In this document: positions 12,201 to 25,359 of the stretch, in pieces
Position numbering within the stretch: the stretch's first letter is position 1
How the letters are laid out: each line of letters starts with the position of its first letter
NCBI GenBank assembly: GCA_033442325.1
Contig: JAWQFM010000003.1
Coordinates: 346,724-410,723, forward strand
Length of the DNA: 64,000 nucleotides
Direction: 5' to 3'
From: Salpingoeca rosetta
Taxonomy: Eukaryota; Protista; Choanoflagellata
Position numbers and translations under genes: made by a program
Notes under the pieces: generated by a model
Told to the model about the DNA's origin: nothing
Seen by the model: only the letters and a program-made list of their open reading frames with translations
The model's database searches: none

Positions 12201-14680
12201 AGTGTGTGAGTGTGTGAGTGTGTGTGTGTGTGTGTGAGTGTGTGTGTGTGTGTGTGTGCGTGTGAGTGTGTGAGTGTGTGAGTGTGTGAGTGTGGGTGTG
12301 TGTGTGAGCGCGTGAGTGAATGAATGCTTGTTGGGCTTGAGCATGGGTGCTACTTCTTCTCTTCTTCTGGTTGCCTCATTATTTTACGTGGTGTTACACT
12401 TGTATTTGCAAAACAAGGTGGCGCAACGCTTGGGCGATAACGTGCTAGAGCTCCAATCGCAGCAAGGCAACGTCGGACGCCTTCGTAAACAGGTGCGGCG
12501 TCCATGTTTGCCGGACGTGGGCGATGATGTGCCCTGAAGATCATGTTGTTCTCTTGCTGGAGTCGTTGTTCTCTCGTTGATGCCATGCGTGGTTGTGTTG
12601 ATGTACTGATCTGCGATGGATGCAGCTGGATGTCCGTGATGACATTCGCTGGGAAACGTTCAAGGACGGCTTCCCAAACCTCTTCATCGAGGTGAGCATG
12701 TTGTTGTGTGGTTTTGTGTGTTGTACGTGTATGTGTGGTGTGTGTGCACGTCGTGTGCGTTGTATGTGTGTGTGTGCGTTGTATGTGTGTGTTCATATGT
12801 GTGTCTGCATGCGTTGTGTGTATGCGTTGTGTGTATGTGTGTGTGTGTGTTGAACATGCTCTGCCGATCATCTACCCACTCATGTTATGCCATTCACATC
12901 CCTTCCTCGTCAAAATGTTGACAGAATGCGGAGATCATCAAGTCGCGGGACGTCATTTTCTTGGTAGTGTGGCGCTCACGTGATACATGTTTTTGTCGCT
13001 GCTGCTGGGAATGGGGATTGCACATTGCTCACTGCACTGTTGTGGCGTCTCAGTGAGCTCCTTCACTTCTTCAGTGAGCTCTTTCACGTCCCTCCACACA
13101 TGTGAACACGTTCTTATTCGCACACACAACCTTGTTGCAGGCCAACTTCTTCCCGTCGCAGCTCATCTTCGAGCAGCTGGCTGTCCTCTACATGCTGCCA
13201 AAGTCTGTGCGCTTGCGTTTGCTTGTTCGCATGTACGTGTGTGCATGTGTGTGCATGTGTGTGCATGTGTGTGCATGAGGACAAACGCTTGTTGACTGAT
13301 TTGTGAGTGTGTGCCAGTCGTTTGTGTGACGCGCATGGATGATACTGTCGTTTCACCACTCCTCTCCACAGGTACATGGCAAAGTCGCTGACCATTGTCT
13401 TGCCGTACTTTCCAACGGCAACAATGGAGCGGGTGGATGATGAAGGCCAAATCCCAACAGCGGTACGGCGTTGTGTGTGTGATTGTGATTGTGTGTGTGT
13501 GTGTGTGTGATTGTGATTGTGTGTGTGTGTGTGTGTGCATGTGCTTGACTGGCATGCGGTTGTAGTGCTCGCCATTCGCAGTCGAAACGAGAATCGCTGC
13601 TCAACACACATACATACACACATACATACACACACACATACATACATACATACATACATACATACATACATACATACATACACACACATACATACATACA
13701 TACATACATACATACATACATACATACATACATACATACAAACATACATACATACATACATACATACACACATACATACATACATACATACATACATACA
13801 TACATACATACATACATACATACATACATACATACATACATACACACACACGTACATTCACGCACACATTTTCTCTCAATGTACATGCAGGTAACGCTGG
13901 CGCACATGCTGTCTGCTGTGCCGCCAACCCGCGGTGGTCCGCCGCAAGTCGTGGTCTACGACATCCACACGCTGCAGGAGCGCTTCTACTTTGCAGACTC
14001 TGTTCTGCCGCGACTGGAAACGGCCATTCCGCTGTTGCAGCAGCGGCTCCGCGCGACGTTTGGCGCCGAGTTGGAGACCGACGTGGTCGTCATCTTCCCG
14101 GATGACGGTGCCTCAAAGCGCTTTGCAAAGCGGCTGCAGGACTTTCACTGCCTCACGTGCTCAAAGGTGCGATGGTTGCGGTGATGGTGGACGGTGAACA
14201 CCATTGCAGCGCCTTTTGGTGGAAGCTGGCAGCCAAACGGGGGCTTCCACAGCACACGTACTCAAGCGCTCATACACCACACACACACACACACACACTC
14301 ATGTACACACACTCATGTACACACACTCACGCACACTCACGTGCACACTCATGTACACGCTCTCTCTCGCACACACACACATGCTCGCTCGCGCACACAT
14401 GTACGCATTCACACACATACCCATTCACAACCTTTCATCTCTGATGCAGAAGCGGCAGGGGGACCAGCGGGTCGTGTGGTTGGCGGAGGACGAGAGTTTG
14501 GAGGGGAAACACGCCGTCATCGTGGACGATCTTGTGCAGACCGGTGGCACACTCAAAAGCTGTGCACGTTTCATCCACTCCCGAAGTACGTGGACAAGGG
14601 TGCATGTGCACATGGGGTTGCACTGTGCGTAGTTGTGTGTGTAGCTGTGTGTGTGTAGCTGTGTGTGTGTGTGTGCGTAG

Positions 14681-14721
<41 letters not shown>

Positions 14722-15189
14722 TGTGTGTGTGTGTGAACCTTCGTTTATGAGGCACACGTTGACGCGCGCACGTGCACCACACGCACACATTGTGTGCAAA
14801 TTTTGTCTTGTGATCTTGCGTTTTTGATTTGGGTGTTGTACTTGCGCCTTGACACAGACCCGGCCAGCGTCTCCGCATATGTGACCCACGCCGTGTTTCC
14901 ACAAGCAAGGTTTGCACGTTCTTTCACCCGCACGTGCTTGTGCTGTGGCGCTTCTTCGGGCTGCTATGCGTGCATTTCTCACCTTGCATATGTATGTGCA
15001 TGTGTATGTGTGGTTTGACTGGGCAGCTGGAAAGGCATCGTGGAGTGTGGCATCTTCAAGCACTTTTGGTACACGGACACATGTCCTGAAACAGCAAAGC
15101 AGCTGGCTGGCGTTGCTCCGTTTGAGCTCATTTCCTTCACGCCGCACCTTGCTGGTCTCCTCTATGACTTTGACCTCGCCGTCAGCTAA
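11974..15189 (+). CDS. Ribose-phosphate pyrophosphokinase, class II (plant PRS3/PRS4 type), about 10 exons
   Basis: Exons encode [87 protein letters not shown], the PRPP-binding loop [23 protein letters not shown] and FWYTDTCP. Stop TAA at 15187-15189. Confidence 0.88.
13605..13850 (+). repeat. (CATA)n microsatellite in PRPS intron 13463-13890
   Basis: Direct reading. Confidence 0.95.
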
Positions 15190-15214
15190 ACCAACTGTGT
15201 GCTGTGCGTGTGTG

Positions 15215-15263
<49 letters not shown>

Positions 15264-15452
15264 TGGTGTGTGTGTGTGTGCGTGTGTGTGTTGTGTAAAT
15301 GATCCATGCTATCGTTGGACTCAAGTCACGTGGTTGTCACGTCAAAATAAAACCAAATCTGGCTGGCATTGTTTAGTTCTTGGTGATGGCAACTTGCACA
15401 AAAGGGCACATACGAATCTCGTGAGTCCAATCGTGTGTGCAGGCACAATCAT

Positions 15453-15484
<32 letters not shown>

Positions 15485-15486
15485 CA

Positions 15487-16480
15487 TCATGATTGGCGCT
15501 TTGCTCGAAGAGACATTTCCTCGCCGGCATTCAGTGGCACGACCTGTGACGCAAATCATGAACACAGGGGATGAGAGGGAAGACTTCGCAAGTGAAGGAA
15601 GAAGGCGCTTGCGCGAAAACACACAAAGACACACACAGACACACAGACACACACACACACACACACCTCTGTGTCTCCGAGTGGGTAGCTATCTGGGATT
15701 GACCAGGGCTCCTGCACAATGTCCACGCGCCCTTCGTTTGGTTTCAGTCCGTAGAAGTTGGCGCCGTTCTCGCCAACAAACGCCTGGCAATGGTGAAGAG
15801 CGGGATGGATGTTGGTTGCAATGCATTGCATTACATGACAAATGGCAGTTAAAGGGGTGCACATGCAAGTCCGTCAAAGCCATTACTCTGTCTCACCTCG
15901 ATGACAACCAACGCAGATACACACAGACACACACAAGCACACAGGCACACACAACCAACGCAGATACACACAAGCACACAGACACACACACACACACATA
16001 CAGACACAGACACAGACACATACACAAACTCACTGGCAGGTGTTGAATGCAGCCGGCAGCGCGGAAAACGGTTGCGTACAGCTCGAGCGAGGCGTGCATC
16101 GTGTAGCAGCCAGCGCTGCAACAAGCTGGTGTTCATGTAGGCGGTACATGTGTGTATGTTTGTGTGCATACGTGCATGCGTGACCTTGAGCAAAGCGAAA
16201 TGTGAAGCGGAGGCACAGCATGCGTTGTCATCACAGCAAGTGACAGCAGGAGACGCAGGGGTGACTGGCACAATGGCAGGCCGTAAGTTTTCGATGATTC
16301 ATGCGCAACGTGCACGTACAGGCCTCTTTGCGGTGACGCGGGTGCGGCGCACTGTCTGTGCCCATGAAAAACTGCCGCCCACCAGTGCAACAAAGCAGGG
16401 CAGGACAAAGTGAGTTCGGCAAGGACCACAGATTGGCATGCCTCTGGCTGCATTCACACACACACACACACACCCGCATG

Positions 16481-16511
<31 letters not shown>

Positions 16512-17442
16512 ACACACACCCACACACACACACCCGCACACACACACACACAACACATGCGCAAACAAACACAGTCAAACACACACTCGCATGCACACTT
16601 GCGCATCTACGGCCATTCACATACACACACACACACATGCGCACGCACAGCCACACGCTTTGTCACACCTTTGTGCTTCCGCTTTGGATGGCGGAAAGGA
16701 GCGCCTGCCTATCCGCCTCCGTCTTGAGGATGGGGAGGCAGTACTGAACACGACAACACGTAGTGGAATGCAATCACATCATGTCATGTCACGGCAGCAA
16801 CGCACGACACAAAATGTGTGTGGCGGTTGTGCAGGACATGTGGATAAGTGTATGTCAGCGCGTGCGGCAGATCTGGAAGGTACTGCGCAAGCGCACTGCA
16901 TCCATAGTTGGAGGCACGAGGTTTAGGAGTTGAATAGTTTGCAAGTGCACAACCTTGTGGGGCCGGAGGCCCTTTTCGAAGATTGCGTTTCGGTTGTGAA
17001 TCAGGTGCTGGCACGTGATGGTGGCCGCGACGTTGGAACCACACGACCTATCATTACAGAAGCAGCAACAAGGAAGGAAGCAGGAGTTGAGGACATCCGC
17101 CAGGTCAACAGCACTCAAAAAACAAAAAAAAAGCAGCAGACAACCACTAGTGTACACGCATGGCACGTGTACGCCAGAGGGTGCGGTGGGGTTGCTCCAC
17201 AGTGTCATGGCATGGTGTGGGCTCACCGCACAAACTCGACGGCTGCTGCTGTTGTAATGTGCTCCATCACCACCTGAAAGCAGACGAATGGGTTGTGTGC
17301 ACAGAGAAAGCGATGAGTTTGTGTTTGTGTGCGTGTGCGTTTGTTTGTGCGTGTGTGTGTGTTTGTGTGTGTGTGTGTTTGTGTGTGTATGGCTTTGGGT
17401 GCATTCTGATTGCTCGCAGGCTTGCACTGTTCCACCAAACAC

Positions 17443-17473
<31 letters not shown>

Positions 17474-19059
17474 TACATGCATCCACGCAATCGCACCTTG
17501 AGGTTTGGATGGTTGGCGACGATAGTGCGCATGTGTCGTTCGATGAAGACGCGCTCGCGCTCAAAGAAGTCGACGTCGCTGTCTGTGACTTCACCATGCA
17601 CCAGCAGTGGCATGCCAACCTCTGCCATCGCCTCGAGGGCGCCCTTGCACTTGGAGATGTCTGTCACGCCGGAATCCGAGTTGGTCGTCGCACCTGCAGG
17701 ATACAGCTGCAAATGTGGATGTGTGCGTTTGCGTGTACGTGTGGGCGTTTGCGTGTGCGTTTGTGCATTTGTGTGTGCGTTTGTACGCGTGCAATTGTTT
17801 GTGCATGTGTGTGTATGTTTGTATGTATGCGTGTGTGCGCATGCGCGCTTGCATGAATATGTGTGTGTGTTCTCCGCAATCCTCACTGGTGAACACGGGT
17901 CGCAGCGTGCTCACCTTCACAGCAAAGATTTGGCCAGTTTCCTTGGCCTTGCGAATCTGCAAAGAAGAGGTGTCATCATTGAGCACATGTGAACCGGAAT
18001 AGGAAGGACACTGTGTGGCGAATAGCAACATGTACACAATGTACATCATGTTCGTGGGCACACTGTGCACATTGTACCAGCCCACGCACGTGCGCACCTC
18101 ATCGCCCGTGGTGTTGTCGGTGAGGTAGAGCGTCATGAGCGGCTGGAAGTCGGATTCTGCGGGAAGGGCCTTCATGATTCGCTCACGATACGCCAATGCC
18201 TGTCACATCATGTGTACATGAACGTGAAGGTAACGGTAAGACTTGTGTGTGTGATTGCAAGCGTGCGTTGACGTGGACAGTTTCTCGGTTGTGTGTGAAG
18301 GTGTGTGAAGGTGTGTGAAGGTGTGTGAAGGTGTGTGAAGGTGTGTGAAGGTGCGTGTGTGTGTGTGTGTGTGTGTGTAGTCGTGTGTGTGAAGGTGTGT
18401 GAAGGTGTGTGGAGGTGTGTGTGTGGGGTCGTGCGTGAAGATTTGTGTGCATGTACACTCGTGTGCATGCGCACTCGTGTGCGTGTCTGTCTGTGGAATG
18501 ACTGGTGGTGGTTCCAGCACCATGTCTGTGTTGATGACCGGGGGCACGAGGTTTGGCATGACGATGGCTCGCTTCACATATGGCGGGATGTCTGAACGGC
18601 ATCATGTCATGTCACAGCAAAGCGGGGAAGCGAAAGCGAATGAGGCCTGAGATAGGGACCTGGCACGATGCCACATACACACACCCACACATAAACGTTA
18701 AAGCTTGTGTCAAAGCACTCACGCTGTGCAAGGGACTGCATGATGTCGCCATCGCGCAGGTGCAAGTGGAGATCATCCACTGGCCGGCACGAAATCAGCA
18801 CATTGTCCCCTGGCATGTGTGTGCGTGTGTGTGTGTGTGTGCGTGTGCGTGTGCGTGTGCGTGTGTGTGTGTGTGTGTGGTCTGCGTTGGTCGTAGAGGA
18901 ATGAAACTTGAAGCAGTTGAGGTCATACAGACACACACACACACACACGCACGCACAGACAGAAAGACAGACACACACACACATGCACAGACACACAGAC
19001 AGACAGACACATGCACCTGTCTTTGCGCGCTTCTTGCTTTCCTCCTCAGTGGACGACAT
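15487..19059 (-). CDS. pyrC: Dihydroorotase, monofunctional class II (E. coli PyrC / plant PYR4 type), multi-exon
   Basis: [10 protein letters not shown] (Zn ligands), [26 protein letters not shown]|[66 protein letters not shown] at 19059 (MSSTEEE); intron 1 is 19016-18810; last exon [18 protein letters not shown] ends at 15487. Confidence 0.92.
18292..18410 (+). repeat. (GTGTGTGAAG)n minisatellite in a dihydroorotase intron
   Basis: 10-bp unit in tandem, interrupted by a TG tract. Confidence 0.85.
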
Positions 19060-19491
19060 GGCTACGCTGTTGCGACACCACGAAGTTTGTCACGCCAAGT
19101 TTGGGCGATTTGTGGATATCTTCGCATTTTATTCGGCAAACCCCGCCCAACAACTTTTGATTTTTTCTGTGGTTGTTGTTGTGTTGTTCCACCCACCCAC
19201 CCTTCCAAGCCAAGCAACGTCGAGGGTGGAGACGTTTCCCCTTTCCCTTCCCTGTGTCAGCGTCGTCTTGTGCTTCCTTCTTGATTGGTGGCCATCGCAT
19301 CGAGCGATATCTTGCTTTTCTTTGGTGCACGTTAGCTTGGCTCACCGACGCAGGCCAAGCAGAGGCAGGCACGTGTTCTCGTTGTCCAGTGCTCTGCTTG
19401 CAGGCACCAGAACGGAGGTTTTGCGTGGCCGCGACGACGTTGCTTTTTTCGTTGTCGTTACAGCATCACGCAGCGGCGCTTCCCCGAAACA
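19060..19491. promoter_or_regulatory. Putative bidirectional promoter, dihydroorotase and usherin
   Basis: 432 bp between divergent ATGs, free of microsatellites. Confidence 0.45.
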
Positions 19492-19739
19492 ATGAGGCTG
19501 GTTGGCCCATCGCGGGGCTGCATCCTCGCCTTGTCGTTGCTGGTTGTTGTGGTTTGTCTCGTTACGACCACAGCCGCAACAGGTACGTGGTGGATGCGTT
19601 TGCTTTTCGAGAACGGTTCTGCTGAGTGGGTTGCTTGTGTTGGACACTTGGGGGTTTTGCTCGATGATCCTTGCAATACATCCGCACCTTCTCCACAGCC
19701 TGTTCACCATATGCGCATGCATACACACACACATACACC

Positions 19740-19773
<34 letters not shown>

Positions 19774-19776
19774 TTC

Positions 19777-19858
<82 letters not shown>

Positions 19859-22800
19859 GCCATCGCTCCTTCACCAACCACATCCGCTCAACAATAACGT
19901 TAGGCTTGTTCCCGTCCATTGAAAACGCCGCGCGAGACAAGCCCGTGAGCGTGACGTCAAGCTGTGGGTTTGACGGCGACATCAACTCCTTCTGTGACCC
20001 AACTGATGATGGCGTCACCGCTGCAAACGCCTGCAATGGACAGGCTGCGATGGTCTGCAATGCCACCTGCCCCTACGGCAGTGCTGCGCCACAGCAATAC
20101 GACTTGCTGGACCCCGACACCATCTCCTACTTTGAGGATGTCACTTTCCGGCCAAACTCCATCGAGCTGGGAGCGACAAGCCAGCTGCTCATCCTGTCGT
20201 CTTCGGCCGCGTTTCCGCCAGCGTCCTCCGCTGCCACCGGCCTTACGCTTGCAGCTCGCATTCGCACCACGCAGCAGCAGCGCACGTGCGTTGTCTCCAA
20301 GAGTGCATCGGGCTCGCCCGTGTTCTCGCTGTGCCTGCGGGGCGCAGACAACGTGCTGGAGTTCACTGCAGGCAGCGATGTCACCAGCTTCAACCACACG
20401 GGCTCTGGGCCTGTCGTGGACGGCGCATGGCATCACATTGCCGTGATCGTGCTCCAAGACCAGGCCAGGTTCTACATCGATGGCTTGCTTGCAGGCACCG
20501 AGAGTGCCACTTTCCCGTCCGATGTCAATTCCGGCAGCATCGTCGTTGGCCAGGGATTCAGCGCTGGTGCGTGCGTGCGTGTGTGTGTGTGTGTGTGTGT
20601 GTGAGTGCAACACGGATTCGGTGAGAACATGTGCGATCAACAGCGAGTGGGAATGAGGCAGGGGGCTGCTCTGTGTAGCTGTGAGAGGCGTCTTGCCTCG
20701 TCTATGCTTCGGTAACATCCCACTTGTAGCCCACAGCCGCTCACAGTTGCTCACGCACACACACACACACACACATCACTGTTCGCACTGCAGCTGATGT
20801 GTTCATCGGAGAGCTGGGCGGCGTGTATGTGTACGCGCGGGCAGTGGAAATATACGACATTTGCACCCTTGCAGGAACATCGCCGTGCCAGCAGCCAACG
20901 CCAGACGACGGCTGCCGCTGCCCTGCTTCCCACCCCATCACCGCCGACGACAACGCCAACCAATGCGTCGCAACGTGAGTGGCAATCCATCGCATACACA
21001 TGTTGACGACAGCGCACGTGGATTGAGCCTGTGCTGTTTCACGGGAGTTGTTGACCCTGACTGGAGAAAACGTGTTGATGAAATCTTACACCGTTCCCAG
21101 CGCCCAGAGGTGCTGCACATATCAGCATTTTCCTCCATTAGGTTGCTTTATCACCAATCACCACTTTCTCCCACAACATAACAAACCCACCTTCTGATTC
21201 ATTGGTTCCTCCCCCAATCACTTGTGCAGATTTGCTGCGTCTGGACCGCGTGTGCAGCGAACAAACATATTCAGCTATGGTGCCTCGGCTGCGGTGGACT
21301 CGAGTGCGGCAACGTACTGGCGCTCGGGCAGGAACGACAGCCCCGTCAACGTCACCCTCGACCTGCAAGGGCTGTACGAGTTTATGCGCTTGGAAGTGAG
21401 CTTTGTGTCCGACCGGCCACACTCCATGGTCGTCGAGCGCTCCGCCGATGGCGGCAGCACCTTCAGCGCCTATCGCTACGTCTCGCGGGATTGCCCCTCC
21501 GCCTTTGGGCTGCCAACCCTCTCGCCAAACGATGCCGCAAGCCCTGATCAGGTCATCTGCACCCTCATGCCGGACGGGCCTGGTGCTGTGGACTTCATCC
21601 TGTTTGAGCAAGGCAATCTCCCCGAGTACCTGCCAGCAGATTTGGCCGACGTCCTTTTTCCCTTCTCCCAAGTTACCCACGTCCGCTTTCACATCACCCA
21701 GCTCGCAGGTGCGTGCATGCGTGCATGCGTTGTGATGTTTGTTGTGTGTTGTTGTGGGGTGTGCTGTGTGAAGCTATGTGTGCGTGCATTACTGCGTGTT
21801 GGTGTGTGCGTGTGTGCGTGTGTGCGTGTGCGTGTGCGGGTGTGTGTGTGTGTGTGAGCATGCGTGTGTGCGTGTGCGTGTGCGTGTGCGTGTGTGTGTG
21901 TGTGAGCATGCGTGTGTGTGCGCGCGTGCGTGCGTGTGTGTGTGTGCTCTTACCTAGCGAACAAGCACTGACATCCACATCCACATTCGCACCCACGCAC
22001 GCACATGCACGCACCAACACGCACTCGCACGCGCGTAGGCACGTACGATGAACAGCCTGGTGATCCTGCGTTGCGGGACAGCTATGTTGCCATCTCGGAT
22101 GTGACTGTGACGGCACGCGTGCTGTGCAACGGACACGCTGACAGCACACGCATTGCGGAGCGAAACCGCCGCCCCTTTGAGATCTGCGACATGTGTGCCC
22201 ACAACACCCAGGGCGACCAGTGCGGCCAATGCGCACCGCTCTTCAACAACGCCCCGTTTGCCCGCGGCACGGGCTTTGAGACCAACGCGTGTGACATGTG
22301 CGAGTGCAACGGTCACGCCAGCGCGTGCGCCTTCAACGCCACCCTCAACACGGGCATCTGCAGCGACTGCGACAGCCAAACCGCTGGCGACAACTGTGAC
22401 ACGTGCGATGTCGGCTACTACCGCGCAGCTGGTGTGTCTGCCGACGCCACGAACCCATGCCAGCCGTGCTCCCACTGCAACGCCAACGGCGTGGACCCGA
22501 GCATTGTGTGTGTGCCCGACCCCATTCAGGGCGATGCAGGCACGTGCGCGTGTGTCTCGCCGTACATCGGCAGCACATGTACCGCATGCATCGACACGTT
22601 CTTCTTCAACGCCAGCACCAGCACGTGCCAGGCGTGCGCGTGTGATGACGACGGCGCCAGCGAGGCACGCACCTGCGACGCGCAGGGCGTGTGTACGTGC
22701 AAGGCGGGCTACACCGGCGACAAGTGCGATGCTTGTGCAGACGGCTTCTACCGTTCCGCTGCCAGCGGGCTGTGTGTCGCCTGTGCCTGCAACACAGCCG

Positions 22801-24231
22801 GCACAGAGCAGGGCACTGCGGTGTGCGATAAGGCCACTGGCCAGTGCCCATGCACATCCACGCACACGAGCCGTGACTGCGGCGAGTGCGTCGACAGCTA
22901 CTATCTTCTGCCCAATCAAACATGCGCAGCGTGTAGCTGCTTTGCAGATGGCTCTGTGTCGTCGTCCTGTGACAGCGACGGCGTGTGCATGTGCGTGCAA
23001 GGCGGCGACTACGTGGGTGACAAGTGTGACGTGTGCCGCCCAGGTCTTACAGCGAACATCATTCGTCAGTGTGCAGACGCCACTGGCGACGTCATGTTCG
23101 TGGTGGACGTGAGTGAGGGCGTGAGTGAGACCATGTTGCAGGCGGTGCGGCAGTTCCTCAGCAACACCATCAGCGCGCTTGGGGTCGGGGAGACTGCAAC
23201 ACGTGTCGGTGTTGTGCAGTACGCATCTGGGGCTGCCATCGCCTCCGACCTCAACGACCACTTCACCGTCGCTGAGCTGCAGCAGGTTGTCAGCAACCTT
23301 GCGCTCACGGACACGGCGCCGCTGCTTGGCGGTGCACTGAATGTGGCGCGCTCTGTGCTGCGCAGCTCCGTGCAGGGCGGGCGCACCACAGCCCCAGACA
23401 CCGTGGTTGTTGTCACCGCAACGACAAGTGAGGACAGCGTGAACACAGCAGCCAGCATTCTGGAGGCAGAGGGCGTCAACGTCATTGTTGTCGGTGTTGG
23501 GGCTGGCATATCTCTGTCCCAGCTGCAAGCAGTCGTGTCAGATGCAGACAACCTCCACCTCACCGCTAACGCTACCTTGCTCGCGGCGGTGGACCTTGAT
23601 CTCGAACTGACCTCGGCACTCTGCAACTCCCTGCAAGGTGTGTTGTGGTTGCAGATGTGGGTGCGTATGTGGTTGCATGTTGTGTGTGTGTGTGCGTGTG
23701 TTGTGGTTGCAGATGTGGGTGCGTATGTGGTTGCGTGCGTGTTGTGTGTTGTGTGTGTGTGTGTGCGTGTTGTGTGGTTGCAGATGTGGGTGCGTGTGTG
23801 GTTGCGTGCGTGTGTGTGTAAATGTGCTTACTGTGGTGTATGTGTGGAAACGAGTGGAATTGTCCTGCTTCTGGTTTGCATTTGGTTGGTGTCCTTGATG
23901 TCACTGGTTGTTGCTCACAACAATGAGACGACCTGTCCGGCAATCGGTGTCTTTGCAGAGCTGCAAATTGGGTGTCGCGCGTGTGATTGCGATGCACGGG
24001 GCACCGTTGTCAACACCGTCTGTGATGCAGCAACTGGCCAGTGCGTCTGCAAGGATAGAACAACAGGTACCAAGGCGACAGCTGTGTGTTGTGTTACGAG
24101 TGTACCTTGAATGTAGTAGACACAAGTGATTGGGTACATCATTTGAAAGATCACCAGGGAATGTCGATGCAGTGTGCGTGCGTGTGTGCTTGTGTTTTGT
24201 GCGTGTGTGCTTGTGTTGTGTGTGTGTGTGT

Positions 24232-24273
<42 letters not shown>

Positions 24274-24608
24274 TGTGTGTGTGTGGTGTGTGTGCTTGCA
24301 GTTCTGACACACAACCAGAACCCGAGCATTGCATGTCGTTACACGTACCTTCACAACTTTGGCTACCTGCTTCACCTCACGTTCCCTCAATGTTGTGTTA
24401 CTCTCAGGCGCGCGTTGTGATCGGTGCAAGGATGGGTATGCCGGCCTGACTGCGGAGTATGCACTCGCGTGCAGCGGCCGTAAGTCGATGCTCGCTGCTG
24501 TGCAAGCAAGCTCACACTACCCGTCAACACCTGCTCTGTGTGCTTCCACCTGGCATTGCGTACCCGCGACAACACACACAGACACACAGACACGCACACA
24601 CACTCACG

Positions 24609-24643
<35 letters not shown>

Positions 24644-25319
24644 TCTCTCTTACCTGCATCTACACACGGCCTCTTTTTCTGCAGTGCCATCTGCTGTGAA
24701 TTCCACGGAAGTTTCGCTTGCTGGGGATCAAGCCGTGTTGGTGTCGTGGACAGCGCCCACGGATCCAAACGGAATTGTCGAGCAGTACACCGTGCGCAGA
24801 AACGGACTTGTCGTGATCAAAGTGGATGGCAATGTCTACACCTACCGCGACGAAGACCTCCAGCCTGGGGACACGTACACATACACTGTGGCTGCTACCA
24901 CGCCTGCGGGCGAGGGCCCTGAAAGCGCACTCGTTCTCATTCGCATCCCGGACACGCAGCCGGAAGGCCTGGCAGCGCCCTCTGTCACGGAGGTCACCCC
25001 CTTTGAGCTCAGCGTGAGCTGGTCGCCACCATCGTCACCAAATGGCATCATCGTCGGCTACACGGTACTGTTGCGTCGCATGACAGCTGTGAGCTTTGGC
25101 GTGTTTTGGCTTTGGTGCACGCGATAACATATTGTAAACTTTTCGTCTGTGACCATTCCTCTGTGTGGTATGAGTTCGCTTTCGCAGCGTATCGCCGTTC
25201 CGTGGCCATGTTGAGTGATCTTCGACTTGCTTGGTTGTCTTGGCTCATTTCCATGCACACACATATGCACTCACACACAAACATGCACACGTCCACACAC
25301 GCTCGCACACTCCCCTCCT

Positions 25320-25359
<40 letters not shown>

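Noticed and set aside
22005-24110. Treating the LE/VWA, FN3 and Cys-rich ORFs as separate genes
   Set aside because: There is one signal peptide and one TM, domains continue across GT-AG junctions, and the domain order follows usherin, all indicating a single gene.
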